Notes: generated from the letters alone by a model not told the origin. A stretch of DNA of 64,000 nucleotides from Deltaproteobacteria bacterium (GCA_016178705.1 JACOST010000032.1:152448-216447); one strand, 5' to 3'; shown: positions 46,737 through 60,394, numbered from the stretch's first letter. A program made the numbers and translations.

Positions 46737-47606
46737 TTACGCCAACGCTGCCTTCATCGTCGTGCCGAGCTCGGCCGGACTCTTCGCGACATGGATGCCC
46801 GCGGCTTCGAAGGCCTTGATCTTGTCGACAGCCGAGCCGCTGCCGCCGGCGATGATCGCGCCGGCATGTCCCATGCGTTTGCCCTTCGGCGCGGTTTGCC
46901 CGGCGATGAACCCGACCACCGGTTTGGTCATCTTCGCCCGCACGAACTCCGCCGCCGATTCTTCCGCCGTGCCGCCGATCTCACCGATCATGATGACGCC
47001 TTCGGTGTCGGGATCGGCTTGAAACAGCGCGAGCGCATCGATGTGACTGGTGCCGACGATGGGATCGCCGCCGATGCCGATACACGTCGATTGCCCCAGC
47101 CCGAGCTGCGTCAGTTGATGCACCGCTTCGTAGGTGAGCGTGCCGCTGCGCGAGACCACACCAATATGGCCGGGCTTGTGAATGTAGCCCGGCATGATGC
47201 CGATCTTGCATTGGCCGGGGGTAATAATGCCCGGACAGTTCGGACCGATCAGGCGCGTCGCGCGGCCTTCGAGGTAGCGCTTCACCTTCACCATATCGAG
47301 CACAGGGATACCTTCGGTGATGCAGATCACCAGCGGTATCCCCGCATCCGCTGCTTCCATGATCGCATCGGCGGCGAACGGCGGTGGCACGTAGATCACC
47401 GAAGCATTGGCACCGGTCGCTTTCACGGCGTCGGCGACGGTGTTGAAGATAGGAATGCCCTCGAAGTCAGTACCACCTTTGCCTGGCGTGACACCCGCAA
47501 CCATTTGCGTGCCGTACTCCTTGCACGCGCGAGTATGAAACTGTCCGGTCGATCCGGTGATGCCCTGGGTCAAGACGCGCGTGTTTCGGTCAACAAGAAT
47601 GCTCAA
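46737..47606 (-). CDS. sucD: succinyl-CoA ligase (ADP-forming) alpha subunit
   Basis: 289 aa, TTG start after GAGGG; full-length match to the SucD layout: VICQ-like [27 protein letters not shown]. Confidence 0.92.
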   Translation of the reverse strand: MSILVDRNTRVLTQGITGSTGQFHTRACKEYGTQMVAGVTPGKGGTDFEGIPIFNTVADAVKATGANASVIYVPPPFAADAIMEAADAGIPLVICITEGIPVLDMVKVKRYLEGRATRLIGPNCPGIITPGQCKIGIMPGYIHKPGHIGVVSRSGTLTYEAVHQLTQLGLGQSTCIGIGGDPIVGTSHIDALALFQADPDTEGVIMIGEIGGTAEESAAEFVRAKMTKPVVGFIAGQTAPKGKRMGHAGAIIAGGSGSAVDKIKAFEAAGIHVAKSPAELGTTMKAALA

Positions 47607-47632
47607 CGGAATACCCTCGGCGAAGTTCCGAT

Positions 47633-47661
47633 CGTGTAGCGACTGATCCTTCCGAAGTCAA
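47633..47661 (-). promoter_or_regulatory. candidate sigma70-type promoter for sucD within a duplicated AAATTGACTT box
   Basis: Minus strand TTGACT - 17 nt - TACACG; AAATTGACTT occurs twice 15 nt apart (47655-47664, 47670-47679); AT-rich island in GC-rich DNA. Confidence 0.3.
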
Positions 47662-47708
47662 TTTGGCCAAAGTCAATTTCGATGATCGCCGCGGCGGTGT
47701 CCGGGAGC

Positions 47709-47736
47709 CGTGAACCGTGAGTCGTGACTCGTGAGT
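47709..47736 (+). repeat. tandem heptamer array (4 units) CGTGANN
   Basis: cgtgaac cgtgagt cgtgact cgtgagt, in the sucD / deacetylase divergent intergenic region. Confidence 0.65.
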
Positions 47737-47915
47737 CGGAGCCTCCTCCCTCGCCCTCCTCCGCGGCTGGTGATGCCGCAAAGGAGGGACCTACACCAAG
47801 TGGCTGGAGCGGGCGGTTTGTTTCACGCTAGCATCGCCGCGATGAATCGGACGCGGCACGTACTCTCACGCACGGCGGTCCATGCGCGTTGCGACGGGCT
47901 CGTCATGCGATCGAG

Positions 47916-48923
47916 ATGAACTACGAGACACTGAAAGCCCTCCCTGGTGTTCGACCGGCGGTCTACCGGATCCGCCGTTGGCGCGACTGGATCAGTCCGG
48001 GAGCGGTCATCCTCGCCTATCATCGCATCGCGGAGCCGGCGTGCGATCCGCACGGGCTCACCGTATCGCCGCGCGAGTTCGCCGAGCAGATGGAAGTCTT
48101 GCGGCGGTACGCGCGACCGATGCGCCTGCACGATGTCGTGAATCGGTTGAACGGGCGTTCGCTACCACGGGACGCTGTCGCGGTCACACTCGATGACGGC
48201 TATGCCGACAATCTGCACGCGGCCAAGCCCATCCTTGAACGTTTCGACATTCCCGCCACCTGCTTCGTGACCACCAGCGCCATCGATAGTCCGACAGGAT
48301 TCTGGTGGGACGAAGTGGCTCGTGCGTTCTTGCAGCCGACTATCTTACCGCCGCAACTGTGTCTGACCATCGGCGGGCGTGATTACAGGTGGAGCTTGGA
48401 TACGGCGCCGATTGCAAACGCACGTGCACACACCTTTCAGGCCGTGCGGGAGCTGGTGCGCGTCGCCGCGCACGATGAGCAACAGCGCGTACTCGCCGAG
48501 CTGCGCGCTTGGTCGGGCGTGCCCGCAGACTCCAACAGTGACGGCTGCACGCTCACGCTCGCGGAGCTGCAGCAACTCGCTGCCGGCGAACTGGTGGAGA
48601 TCGGGGCCCACACGCTGACCCATCCGGTGCTGTCGACGCTTGCCCCCGACGCGCAACGCGCCGAGATCGCCGGCAGCAAGCACCAGCTTGAGCAGTGGCT
48701 GGGACGCCCGGTGACCAGCTTTGCGTATCCATACGGCGGCGCGTTGGCCTTCAACGCGACATCGGTGACCGCCGCGCGCGCGGCCGGCTTCACGTCTGCG
48801 TGCGTGCTCGACGCGCGACGCGCCCGCCGCGGCGCCGATCCGTTTCGGCTCTCACGGGTGATGGTCAGCGGTACTCGAAAATGGACCGGTGATCAGTTTG
48901 CGCGCTGGTTGCAAACGCGCTGA
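47916..48923 (+). CDS. polysaccharide deacetylase (CE4) family protein
   Basis: Start at M10 (MNYETLKAL; the ORF starts at 47889); VTLDDGYADN, HTLTHPVL. Confidence 0.8.
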   Translation: MNYETLKALPGVRPAVYRIRRWRDWISPGAVILAYHRIAEPACDPHGLTVSPREFAEQMEVLRRYARPMRLHDVVNRLNGRSLPRDAVAVTLDDGYADNLHAAKPILERFDIPATCFVTTSAIDSPTGFWWDEVARAFLQPTILPPQLCLTIGGRDYRWSLDTAPIANARAHTFQAVRELVRVAAHDEQQRVLAELRAWSGVPADSNSDGCTLTLAELQQLAAGELVEIGAHTLTHPVLSTLAPDAQRAEIAGSKHQLEQWLGRPVTSFAYPYGGALAFNATSVTAARAAGFTSACVLDARRARRGADPFRLSRVMVSGTRKWTGDQFARWLQTR

Positions 48924-48927
48924 ACGC

Positions 48928-49314
48928 TCAACCTGCCCGATTCGGCCGCGTGTACCACCACGCCCACGCGATCAGCACGCCTTGCAACGGCAGCCGCACC
49001 CAATTGAGGATGCCCGCACCCTCTGGCGCACCGAACAGCGGCACGTTGTTGAGCGCGATGTGCAGGTTGGCGGGAAACACCGCGATCAGCAGCAGGATCG
49101 TCGCCCACGCGGCCAACACGCGAGTGCGCGGAATCAACACACCGACGCCGCACACGACTTCGGCGACACCCGACAGGTAAATGAGGAACAGATGCGCCGG
49201 CAGATACGGCGGCATCATCGGCATGTACGCATCCGAGTTCCGAAAGTGCATGACCCCACCGCCGATGTAGAAGATCCCCATTAGCCACAGCAGAACGAGT
49301 TTGAGTATGCGCAT
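48928..49314 (-). CDS. DoxX-family membrane protein
   Basis: 128 aa, 4 TM helices; YIGGGVMHF..AEVVCGVGVLIP..FPANLHIALN. Confidence 0.75.
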   Translation of the reverse strand: MRILKLVLLWLMGIFYIGGGVMHFRNSDAYMPMMPPYLPAHLFLIYLSGVAEVVCGVGVLIPRTRVLAAWATILLLIAVFPANLHIALNNVPLFGAPEGAGILNWVRLPLQGVLIAWAWWYTRPNRAG

Positions 49315-49332
49315 GACGCGCTTGTAGTCGGG

Positions 49333-50577
49333 TTAGCCGACGGAAGGCAATCGCAGGACTTCATCGAGGGCGCCGAGCGAGTCGAGGTCCATCACGGCGT
49401 GGCTGCTGCGGGCCAAGCCCGCGCGCACGATGGGTTCCACTTGCAAAGTGGCCGCGGCAGCAGTGACCACCGTAGCGATCCACGTATACAACGCGTGCAG
49501 CCGATACTGCTGCCACGCGGTTTCGGGGTCGGGGCCACTCACGCCGTGCTCCGCCAACGTCGACAGGTAGAGCGCGATGAGATCGCGTTGATGCGCGCGG
49601 CGCAACTCGGTCGGGACAGAGTTGATCACAAAGTAGGCCACATCGCGCATGCCCTGACCCCGCTGCACCACTTGCCAATCCAAGAAGCCGGCCGTTCCCG
49701 AGGAGAAGTAGAGGTTACCGACGTGCGCGTCGCCGTGAATCACGGTGAGCGGGCCGTGCGCCCACGCGTTCTCCAAGCGAGCGCGCGCCGCCGCGATCCG
49801 TCCCGTCGCCGCCTGCAGTTCGCGCGGCACCAGATCGGGAAATCGCCGAATGCCGGGCCGCATGGCGAGCGCGCACAGACAACGCTCGACCCGCTCGTTC
49901 GGATTGTGGTCGCGCGATTTCAGCCACGCGAGATCACCGTTGAAACGCGGACTGTCCCACAAGTGCGCGTGTAGTCGCGCCAGGGCTTGCATGACGACGC
50001 GGGCGTCATCGAGGGTCAACGCTTGCGCCACGGTCGTGAAGCGCACCGCACGTGCGCTGAGATCTTCGAGGACCAAGATGAAGCGTTGGGCGCGGCCCTG
50101 GCTATGGGCGTAGAAAACCCGCGGCGTGTCGACCGGCAGCCAAGCAGCCACCTGCCGATAGAAGGCGACTTCGGTTGCACCGAGCCGCATGAGGTTGACG
50201 AGGAGTCGGGTCTTGAAGTCGGCGGGCGCCAGCTTCACGAACAGCGACGCGGGCGGCGGGTCGCCCGAACCGAGATCATCGTACGTGACCGCGAGACGAG
50301 CTCGATCCGTTGTCCCCGCATCGGCCGCGATCTGCTCCAACGAGCGGACCCGGCATCCGGGGAAGTACGGCTGCAAAATACGCGTGAGCCACCCCGGAGT
50401 GATACTGGCAGCGTGCGCCGGAATGTCTGAGGGATCTCCGCGCCATCTCAACCGCTCCGCGGCCAGCCAGCAAGCCTCGCGCAAAACTCGGCCAGTCGCC
50501 ACCAACGCGTCGCGCACGCGCCGACCGTAGCAGCAGACGGCGATGATGTAGAGGGCGAGACGCCCGCTGGTAACCAA
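49333..50577 (-). CDS. phosphotransferase (APH/choline-kinase-like) family protein
   Basis: 414 aa; VIHGDAHVGNLYF and FLDWQVVQRG (Brenner and DxD-type motifs). Confidence 0.75.
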   Translation of the reverse strand: MVTSGRLALYIIAVCCYGRRVRDALVATGRVLREACWLAAERLRWRGDPSDIPAHAASITPGWLTRILQPYFPGCRVRSLEQIAADAGTTDRARLAVTYDDLGSGDPPPASLFVKLAPADFKTRLLVNLMRLGATEVAFYRQVAAWLPVDTPRVFYAHSQGRAQRFILVLEDLSARAVRFTTVAQALTLDDARVVMQALARLHAHLWDSPRFNGDLAWLKSRDHNPNERVERCLCALAMRPGIRRFPDLVPRELQAATGRIAAARARLENAWAHGPLTVIHGDAHVGNLYFSSGTAGFLDWQVVQRGQGMRDVAYFVINSVPTELRRAHQRDLIALYLSTLAEHGVSGPDPETAWQQYRLHALYTWIATVVTAAAATLQVEPIVRAGLARSSHAVMDLDSLGALDEVLRLPSVG

Positions 50578-50616
50578 ATCAGCGGACCTCGGTCGGGCCG
50601 ACGGGGCGAGTAATCC

Positions 50617-51756
50617 TCAGGTCCGCCGCAGAATCACAACGCACGCATTCGCGCCGCGGCCGACGGTGTGCGCGAGTGCGATGCGCGCGTTCGGAATCTG
50701 TCGAGGCCCCGCCGTACCGCGCAGTTGCCAGGTCAACTCGACGATCTGGCCGAGCGCCGAGGCGCCGAGCGGTTCGCCTTTCGAGAGCAGGCCGCCGCTG
50801 ACGTTCACCGGCAATCGCCCGCTACGGTCGGTGACGCCGTCAGTGATCCATTGACCGCACTCGCCGCGTGCGCACAACTGCAGCTCCTCGTAGGATTGCA
50901 GCTCGCGGCCCGATTCGGTGTCCTGCAGCTCGACAACATCGAGATCGTCTGGGCCAAGACCGGCTGCCGCGTATGCCGCGCGCGCCGCCAACTCCGTCGG
51001 CGAGGTTACGTCGTCATCGATGAGCCCACATAACGGCGTGTGCTCACCCAGCACGTTGCCCGGTAGATGCGAACGCAGCGCAGCGCCGGCAACGACGACT
51101 TCTCCAGGCGCACCCGTCGCTGGCCGCAGCACTACCGCGGCCGCGCCTTCGTTCGGCGAGCACAGCATGTAGAGCGTGAGCGGATCGCACACCATCGCCG
51201 AGTTGAGCACCTGCTCGACGGTGAAGGGCTTGCGAAACATCGCATACGGATTGTCGACGCCGTGCCGATGATTCTTGACCGATACCTGTGCGAGTTGCTC
51301 GCGCGTGACGCCGCTCTCCGCCATCAGGCGCTGGGCGCGCAGCGCGAAATAGGCGGGCGCCGGGCTGAGGCCTATCTGTTCCGCCCAGGGTTCCCAGAAC
51401 GACGAGCGAATGATGCCACGCGGCATCTTCTCCATGCCGAACGTGAGCACGCAGTCGCATTGTCCCGAACGAATCGCCTCGACACCGAGTTGCAGCGCGG
51501 CGCCGCCGCTGGCGCAGCCGGCCTCGATGTTCATGATCGGCATGCCGGTGGCGCCGATTGCGGTCAGCACCCGATGCCCGGCGGCGACACCGGAGTAGAC
51601 CGTGCCGCAATACCCCGCCTGCACGCGTGTGCGCTCCACACCGGCATCCTTGAGTGCGAGCTGCACCGCCTCAACGCCGAGGTCGACCACGCTCTTGCTG
51701 TCGAACCGCCCGAACGGATGGAGGCCGACCCCAACTATGGCAACGTCGCGGCTCAT
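50617..51756 (-). CDS. thiolase-family protein (SCP-x / lipid-transfer-type)
   Basis: 379 aa; MNIEAGCASGGAAL active-site Cys region; C-terminal GRGANACVVIL. Confidence 0.85.
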   Translation of the reverse strand: MSRDVAIVGVGLHPFGRFDSKSVVDLGVEAVQLALKDAGVERTRVQAGYCGTVYSGVAAGHRVLTAIGATGMPIMNIEAGCASGGAALQLGVEAIRSGQCDCVLTFGMEKMPRGIIRSSFWEPWAEQIGLSPAPAYFALRAQRLMAESGVTREQLAQVSVKNHRHGVDNPYAMFRKPFTVEQVLNSAMVCDPLTLYMLCSPNEGAAAVVLRPATGAPGEVVVAGAALRSHLPGNVLGEHTPLCGLIDDDVTSPTELAARAAYAAAGLGPDDLDVVELQDTESGRELQSYEELQLCARGECGQWITDGVTDRSGRLPVNVSGGLLSKGEPLGASALGQIVELTWQLRGTAGPRQIPNARIALAHTVGRGANACVVILRRT

Positions 51757-51760
51757 GGTG

Positions 51761-51793
51761 CCCTCACCCCTGCCCTCTCCCAGAGGGCGAGGG
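51761..51793 (-). repeat. 33-nt palindromic repeat family copy at the DUF35 / thiolase junction
   Basis: ccctcacccctgccctctcccagagggcgaggg; supplies the PSPSGRGQG-TGA end of the DUF35 gene. Confidence 0.7.
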
Positions 51794-52192
51794 AGTCACC
51801 GGCTCAAATGCGTAGCTGAGGACTTCGCGGGCATCGTCGTCGGTGAACAACGGTGCGATGCGGAGACGAACCGGCATGCCGATGCGCAAGGCGTCGAGCC
51901 GCGCTTCGGTCAATGGGCTGATGATGCGCACACCTTCGGGGAGCTCCACGACGCCGAAGCCATACGGCGCGGTGCCACGAAAGCCCGGCGGCGCGTTACG
52001 CACAACAGTGTAAAGGTAGAGCGTGCCGTGTTCGCTCAGCGGGACGGCCACGCAATCATCGGCTGCACAATACGGGCAGCTCGATTGAGCGGGAAAGTGA
52101 TAGCGCCGGCACACTTCGCAACGTCCGCCCAGCAAGCGCGGCGGATCAATCGAGAACAGCCCGGCACGAATCGAAACCTGCTCCATCACCAC
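51764..52192 (-). CDS. Zn-ribbon / OB-fold protein (DUF35), thiolase partner
   Basis: 142 aa, GTG start; CEVCRRYHFPAQSSCPYC rubredoxin-like ribbon, then an OB-fold-like region. Confidence 0.8.
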   Translation of the reverse strand: MVMEQVSIRAGLFSIDPPRLLGGRCEVCRRYHFPAQSSCPYCAADDCVAVPLSEHGTLYLYTVVRNAPPGFRGTAPYGFGVVELPEGVRIISPLTEARLDALRIGMPVRLRIAPLFTDDDAREVLSYAFEPVTPSPSGRGQG

Positions 52193-52254
52193 TCACGACT
52201 CACGCTTCACTCTTCACGATTCACCGCTCACGATTCACGTCTCACGCCTCACTC
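52192..52254 (-). repeat. tandem heptamer array (9 units), GTGARNN on the coding strand
   Basis: ctcacga ctcacgc ttcactc ttcacga ttcaccg ctcacga ttcacgt ctcacgc ctcactc; fills the whole gap between the 52249 stop and the 52192 start. Confidence 0.75.
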
Positions 52255-52656
52255 AAACTCATCGAAGTTCGCCACCCGCCAGCCGTCCGCTTCCTTGCGC
52301 GTGGTCACCAGCCATTTGCGGGTGAAGGTGCCGGCATCGTCGACACGGATGGAGCCCTCGAACATGAACGACACGCGATCCGCGCCCTCTTCCTTTTTCT
52401 CCAGCAACGAGTAGTGAACATGCGGCTTGCGAGTGGTCTCGTCGATCACCTGACCGCTGGTCAGCCGTTGCTCTTCTTCCACCTTCGCCAGCGCCGGTCC
52501 GACGCAGAACGGCCGTGCCGCCGCCAGATCTATATTGACATAGTGTGCGTCCACGAAGCGCTCGGCCGTACCCTGCGGAGTATCGGCCCCCGCGCGGCAG
52601 CCAGCGAGGGCCGTAATCATCACCATGACAACGCCCGTGGTGGCAGCAGGCATCAT
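52249..52656 (-). CDS. lipoprotein, NTF2-like fold suspected
   Basis: Start at M104 of ORF 52249..52965; MMPAATTGVVMVMITALAGC lipobox; ERFVDAHYVNIDLAAA..WLVTTRKEADGWRVANF. Confidence 0.6.
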   Translation of the reverse strand: MMPAATTGVVMVMITALAGCRAGADTPQGTAERFVDAHYVNIDLAAARPFCVGPALAKVEEEQRLTSGQVIDETTRKPHVHYSLLEKKEEGADRVSFMFEGSIRVDDAGTFTRKWLVTTRKEADGWRVANFDEFE

Positions 52657-52657
52657 T

Positions 52658-52996
52658 CTATTTCTTCCCGAACAGCGCATCCAATTTCGCCCGCGCATCG
52701 GCACCGGGTGACGACCCGACGCCTGCGGGGCCAAGGCGAAATGCAAAATACTCGCAGAAGTTGCCGGCCACCTTGTCGACTTGCCGCTCGGCTTGCGTCT
52801 CCAGACAATCGTTGTGCGAGCCGGGCGCGTAGAAGCGGCAATTGCGGCAACAGTGCAGATCGGCGCCGCACTGCAGGCAGGCATCGCGACGGCCGATCCG
52901 TTCGAGCCGGCCGATGTCGTTGCCGCAGCGGTGGCAGAGCCGTTCGCCCGCGGTGACCGCTTCACGCACCACGCGTCTCCGCAACTGTCGAATCAA
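52658..52996 (-). CDS. small Cys-rich zinc-ribbon protein, function unknown
   Basis: 112 aa; CHRCGNDI..CLQCGADLHCCRNCRFY..DCLE..NFCEYF. Confidence 0.6.
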   Translation of the reverse strand: MIRQLRRRVVREAVTAGERLCHRCGNDIGRLERIGRRDACLQCGADLHCCRNCRFYAPGSHNDCLETQAERQVDKVAGNFCEYFAFRLGPAGVGSSPGADARAKLDALFGKK

Positions 52997-53088
52997 GAGG
53001 CCCTGTCGTTCCCGCCATCTTCCTTGCTTTGAGACGCCGGGTTGATACCATACGGTCGCAGTCGCTCACAACGAGACGAGCGTGTGAA

Positions 53089-54000
53089 ATGTTGAAGCAG
53101 ATCGACGAATTCGAGCAGGCCCTGCGTATCGAGCGCAACGCCTCACCACACACGGTGCGCAACTACGTCAGCGACCTGCGCCAGTTCCGCGCCTTCTTGG
53201 CGGAACAGCACTTGTGTGGCGCGTCGGCCGACACCGATGCCGACGTGCGGCAACTCGACCAAGCTGCGATCCGCGCCTATCTCGTCGAGCTGTTGCAACA
53301 CACGCGCAAGAGTTCCGCCGGACGCAAGCTGTCTGCCGTGAAGACCTTCTGCCGCTTCCTGCGCCGCCGCGGCGTGATCGATCACGATCCCACCGCGGGG
53401 ATCCGCACGCCCAAGAAGGAGCAGCAACTGCCGGTTCACTTGACGGTCGACGACATCTTCCGGCTGATCGAAGCGCCGTCGACGGTGACGCCCGACGGCT
53501 GTCGCGACCACGCGATGCTGGAAGTGATCTACTCGGCCGGGTTGCGCGTGAGCGAACTCGTGTCGCTCAACTGGGACGATATCGATCGCGAGCTCGAGTT
53601 GGTGCGCGTGCGCGGCAAAGGTGGCAAAGAGCGCATCGTTCCGATCGGCACGAAGGCGTTGGCGGCGTTGGATACCTATCGGGCGCGACTCGGCGAGCTG
53701 TGCCGCGCGCACCTGTTCGATGCGCAGGCGGTGTTCCTCAATCGCCGCGGCCAACGCCTGACCACCCGCAGCGTCGGTCGCGTGGTCGAGCACTACATCC
53801 TCGCCGCCGGCATCGCCACCAAGGCCAGCCCGCACGCGTTGCGCCATAGCTTCGCGACGCATCTGCTCGGCGCCGGCGCCGATCTGCGCGCGATCCAGGA
53901 GCTGCTGGGCCACTCCAGCTTGTCCACCACGCAGAAATATACGCATCTCAACCTCGACCACCTGATGGCGGTTTACGACAAGGCGCACCCGCGCGCCTGA
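53089..54000 (+). CDS. xerC: tyrosine recombinase XerC/XerD family
   Basis: Start at M21 (the ORF starts at 53029); [43 protein letters not shown]. Confidence 0.88.
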   Translation: MLKQIDEFEQALRIERNASPHTVRNYVSDLRQFRAFLAEQHLCGASADTDADVRQLDQAAIRAYLVELLQHTRKSSAGRKLSAVKTFCRFLRRRGVIDHDPTAGIRTPKKEQQLPVHLTVDDIFRLIEAPSTVTPDGCRDHAMLEVIYSAGLRVSELVSLNWDDIDRELELVRVRGKGGKERIVPIGTKALAALDTYRARLGELCRAHLFDAQAVFLNRRGQRLTTRSVGRVVEHYILAAGIATKASPHALRHSFATHLLGAGADLRAIQELLGHSSLSTTQKYTHLNLDHLMAVYDKAHPRA

Positions 54001-54028
54001 GCGCGTCGCGGTCGAGGGGATCGAAGCG

Positions 54029-56968
<2,940 letters not shown>

Positions 56969-56973
56969 CGGTC

Positions 56974-58182
56974 ATGACGAATCGAGACATCATCGACCTC
57001 GGCGCGAAGTACCTCTTCCAAATCTACCCGCGCGCCCCGCTGGCGATCGTGCGCGGCGAGGGCTGCCGCGTGTGGGACGCCGATGGCAAGTCGTATCTCG
57101 ACTTCTTCGGCAGCACCGTCGTGGTCAACCTCGGCCACTGCCATCCGAACGTGACGCGGGCGATCACCGAGCAGGCCAACACGATCCTGCACGTCTCCAA
57201 CTTGCACCACAGCGCGCCGCAGGCGCAGTTGGCCGAGCGCTTGTGCACGCACTCGTTCGCCGATCGCGCGTTCTTCTGTAACAGTGGCGCGGAAGCCAAC
57301 GAAGCGGCGATCAAGCTGGCGCGCAAGTTTGGCGCCGATCATGGCGACGGCCGCTACGAGATCGTCACCATGCTCGGCTCGTTCCACGGCCGCACCATCG
57401 CCACTATCGCGGCCACCGGCCAAGAGAAGGTCCGGCACGGTTTCCAACCGCTGCCGCAGGGCTTTCGCTACGCACCGTACAACGATATCGCCGCCGTCGA
57501 AGCCGTGGTGACCGATCGCACGATCGCCATCATGCTCGAACCGGTCCTCGGCGAAGGCGGCATCATCGCCGCGACGCCCGAGTTCATGAAGGCCGTGCGC
57601 GAGCTGTGCAATCGTCGCAACCTGTTGCTCATCCTCGACGAGGTGCAGACCGGGATGGGGCGACTCGGCACGTTGTTCGGCTACGAACTCAGCGGCATCA
57701 CGCCGGACATCATGACGCTCGGCAAAGGGCTGGGTAGCGGTGTGCCGATCGGTGCCATGCTCGCCACCGAGCGCGTCGCCCCGGCGTTCTCGGTCGGAAC
57801 GCACGGCACCACCTTCGGCGGCAATGCGCTCACCTGCGCGGTCGGCATCGCGGTGGTCGACACGCTGCTCAACGACGGCGTGCTGGAGAACGGTCGCGCG
57901 ATGGGCGAGTATCTGCGCGAGGGCTTGCGTCGGCTGCAGCGGACGCTGCCGATCATTCGCGACGTGCGGGGGCACGGCTTGCTGGTGGGCGTCGAGTTGG
58001 CTCAGCCCGGCGCCGCGATCGTCGATCGCTGCCGCGCGGCCGGGCTGATTCTGAATTGCACCGCCGACAAGGTGCTGCGCTTCACCCCGCCACTGATCGT
58101 CACGCGCGACGAAATCGACGAGGCGCTGGCCATTGTCGAGCTGGCGCTTCGACCTGCCGAAGCACAGGCGTTGCCATCATGA
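56974..58182 (+). CDS. argD: acetylornithine aminotransferase
   Basis: Start at M68 of ORF 56773..58182 (MTNRDIIDLGAKYLFQ); DEVQTGMGRLG, TLGKGLG (PLP Lys). Confidence 0.92.
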   Translation: MTNRDIIDLGAKYLFQIYPRAPLAIVRGEGCRVWDADGKSYLDFFGSTVVVNLGHCHPNVTRAITEQANTILHVSNLHHSAPQAQLAERLCTHSFADRAFFCNSGAEANEAAIKLARKFGADHGDGRYEIVTMLGSFHGRTIATIAATGQEKVRHGFQPLPQGFRYAPYNDIAAVEAVVTDRTIAIMLEPVLGEGGIIAATPEFMKAVRELCNRRNLLLILDEVQTGMGRLGTLFGYELSGITPDIMTLGKGLGSGVPIGAMLATERVAPAFSVGTHGTTFGGNALTCAVGIAVVDTLLNDGVLENGRAMGEYLREGLRRLQRTLPIIRDVRGHGLLVGVELAQPGAAIVDRCRAAGLILNCTADKVLRFTPPLIVTRDEIDEALAIVELALRPAEAQALPS

Positions 58183-59105
58183 AGCGCGACTTCCTGTCGC
58201 TTGCTGACTTACAGCGCAGCGAGATCGACGAGATCCTCCATCTCTCCGCCACGCTCAAGCGCGACCTCAAGGCCGGCAAGCGCCCGCCCCTGCTCGCCGG
58301 CCAATCGCTGGCCATGATTTTCGAGAAGCCGAGCCTGCGCACGCGCGTCACCTTCGAGGTCGGCATGACGCAGCTCGGTGGCTATGCGGTGTACTTGGCA
58401 CCGAAGGACGCTCAGCTCGGGGAGCGCGAATCGGTCGCCGATATCGCGCGCAACCTCGAGCGCTGGGTCGATTTGATCATGGCGCGCACCTTCGCCCACG
58501 ACACGCTCATCGAATTGGCCGGTCACGCCGGGGTTCCGGTCATCAACGGATTGTCGGACCTGCTGCATCCGTGTCAGGTGCTGACCGATTGCTTCACGCT
58601 CATCGAGAAGCGCGGCCGGCTGGACGGGTTGCGCATCGCCTTCGTCGGTGACGGCAACAACGTGGTCAATTCGTGGATCAACGCCGCCGCCAAGCTCGGC
58701 TTTCGCTTCGCGCTCGCGTGCCCGCCGGGTTACGAACCGAATCGCGCCGTCCGCGACGCGGCGATCGCCGGCCGCGCCGACGTGCAGATCACCCACGATG
58801 TAGCCGAGGCCGTACGCGGTGCGGACGTGATCTATACGGACGTGTGGACCAGCATGGGCCAAGAGGCCGACGCCGAGCGGCGGCGGCGCGACTTCGCCGG
58901 TTATCAGGTCAACGCGGCGGTCTTGGCGCTGGCGCGTCGCGACGCGTTGGTGATGCACGACTTGCCGGCGCACCGCGGCGAGGAAATTACCGACGACGTG
59001 ATCGACGGACCACAATCGATCGTCTTCGATCAGGCCGAGAACCGCCTGCACGTGCAGAAAGGCATCATGGTGTGGCTCAACGACAAGCGGCCGAAACATA
59101 GATGA
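58179..59105 (+). CDS. argF: ornithine carbamoyltransferase
   Basis: Start at M42 of ORF 58056..59105 (ATGA overlap with the argD stop); FEKPSLRTR, HPCQ, DVWTSMG. Confidence 0.92.
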   Translation: MKRDFLSLADLQRSEIDEILHLSATLKRDLKAGKRPPLLAGQSLAMIFEKPSLRTRVTFEVGMTQLGGYAVYLAPKDAQLGERESVADIARNLERWVDLIMARTFAHDTLIELAGHAGVPVINGLSDLLHPCQVLTDCFTLIEKRGRLDGLRIAFVGDGNNVVNSWINAAAKLGFRFALACPPGYEPNRAVRDAAIAGRADVQITHDVAEAVRGADVIYTDVWTSMGQEADAERRRRDFAGYQVNAAVLALARRDALVMHDLPAHRGEEITDDVIDGPQSIVFDQAENRLHVQKGIMVWLNDKRPKHR

Positions 59106-59128
59106 GACAGTCCAAGGTCTAAAGTCCA

Positions 59129-60346
<1,218 letters not shown>

Positions 60347-60394
60347 ACGATCGGCTTACTTGACCCTGCGCGTGACATACGAGTAGACAATCGC

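Noticed and set aside
52192-52254. Possible CRISPR array (also considered for the other tandem arrays)
   Set aside because: Units are 7-9 nt and directly abutting with no spacers. There are no cas genes in the window.
51602-52414. Plus-strand ORF containing HSRLTLHSSRFTAHDSRLTPHS
   Set aside because: The peptide repeat is just the heptamer DNA array read in frame. The remainder is antisense to real genes.
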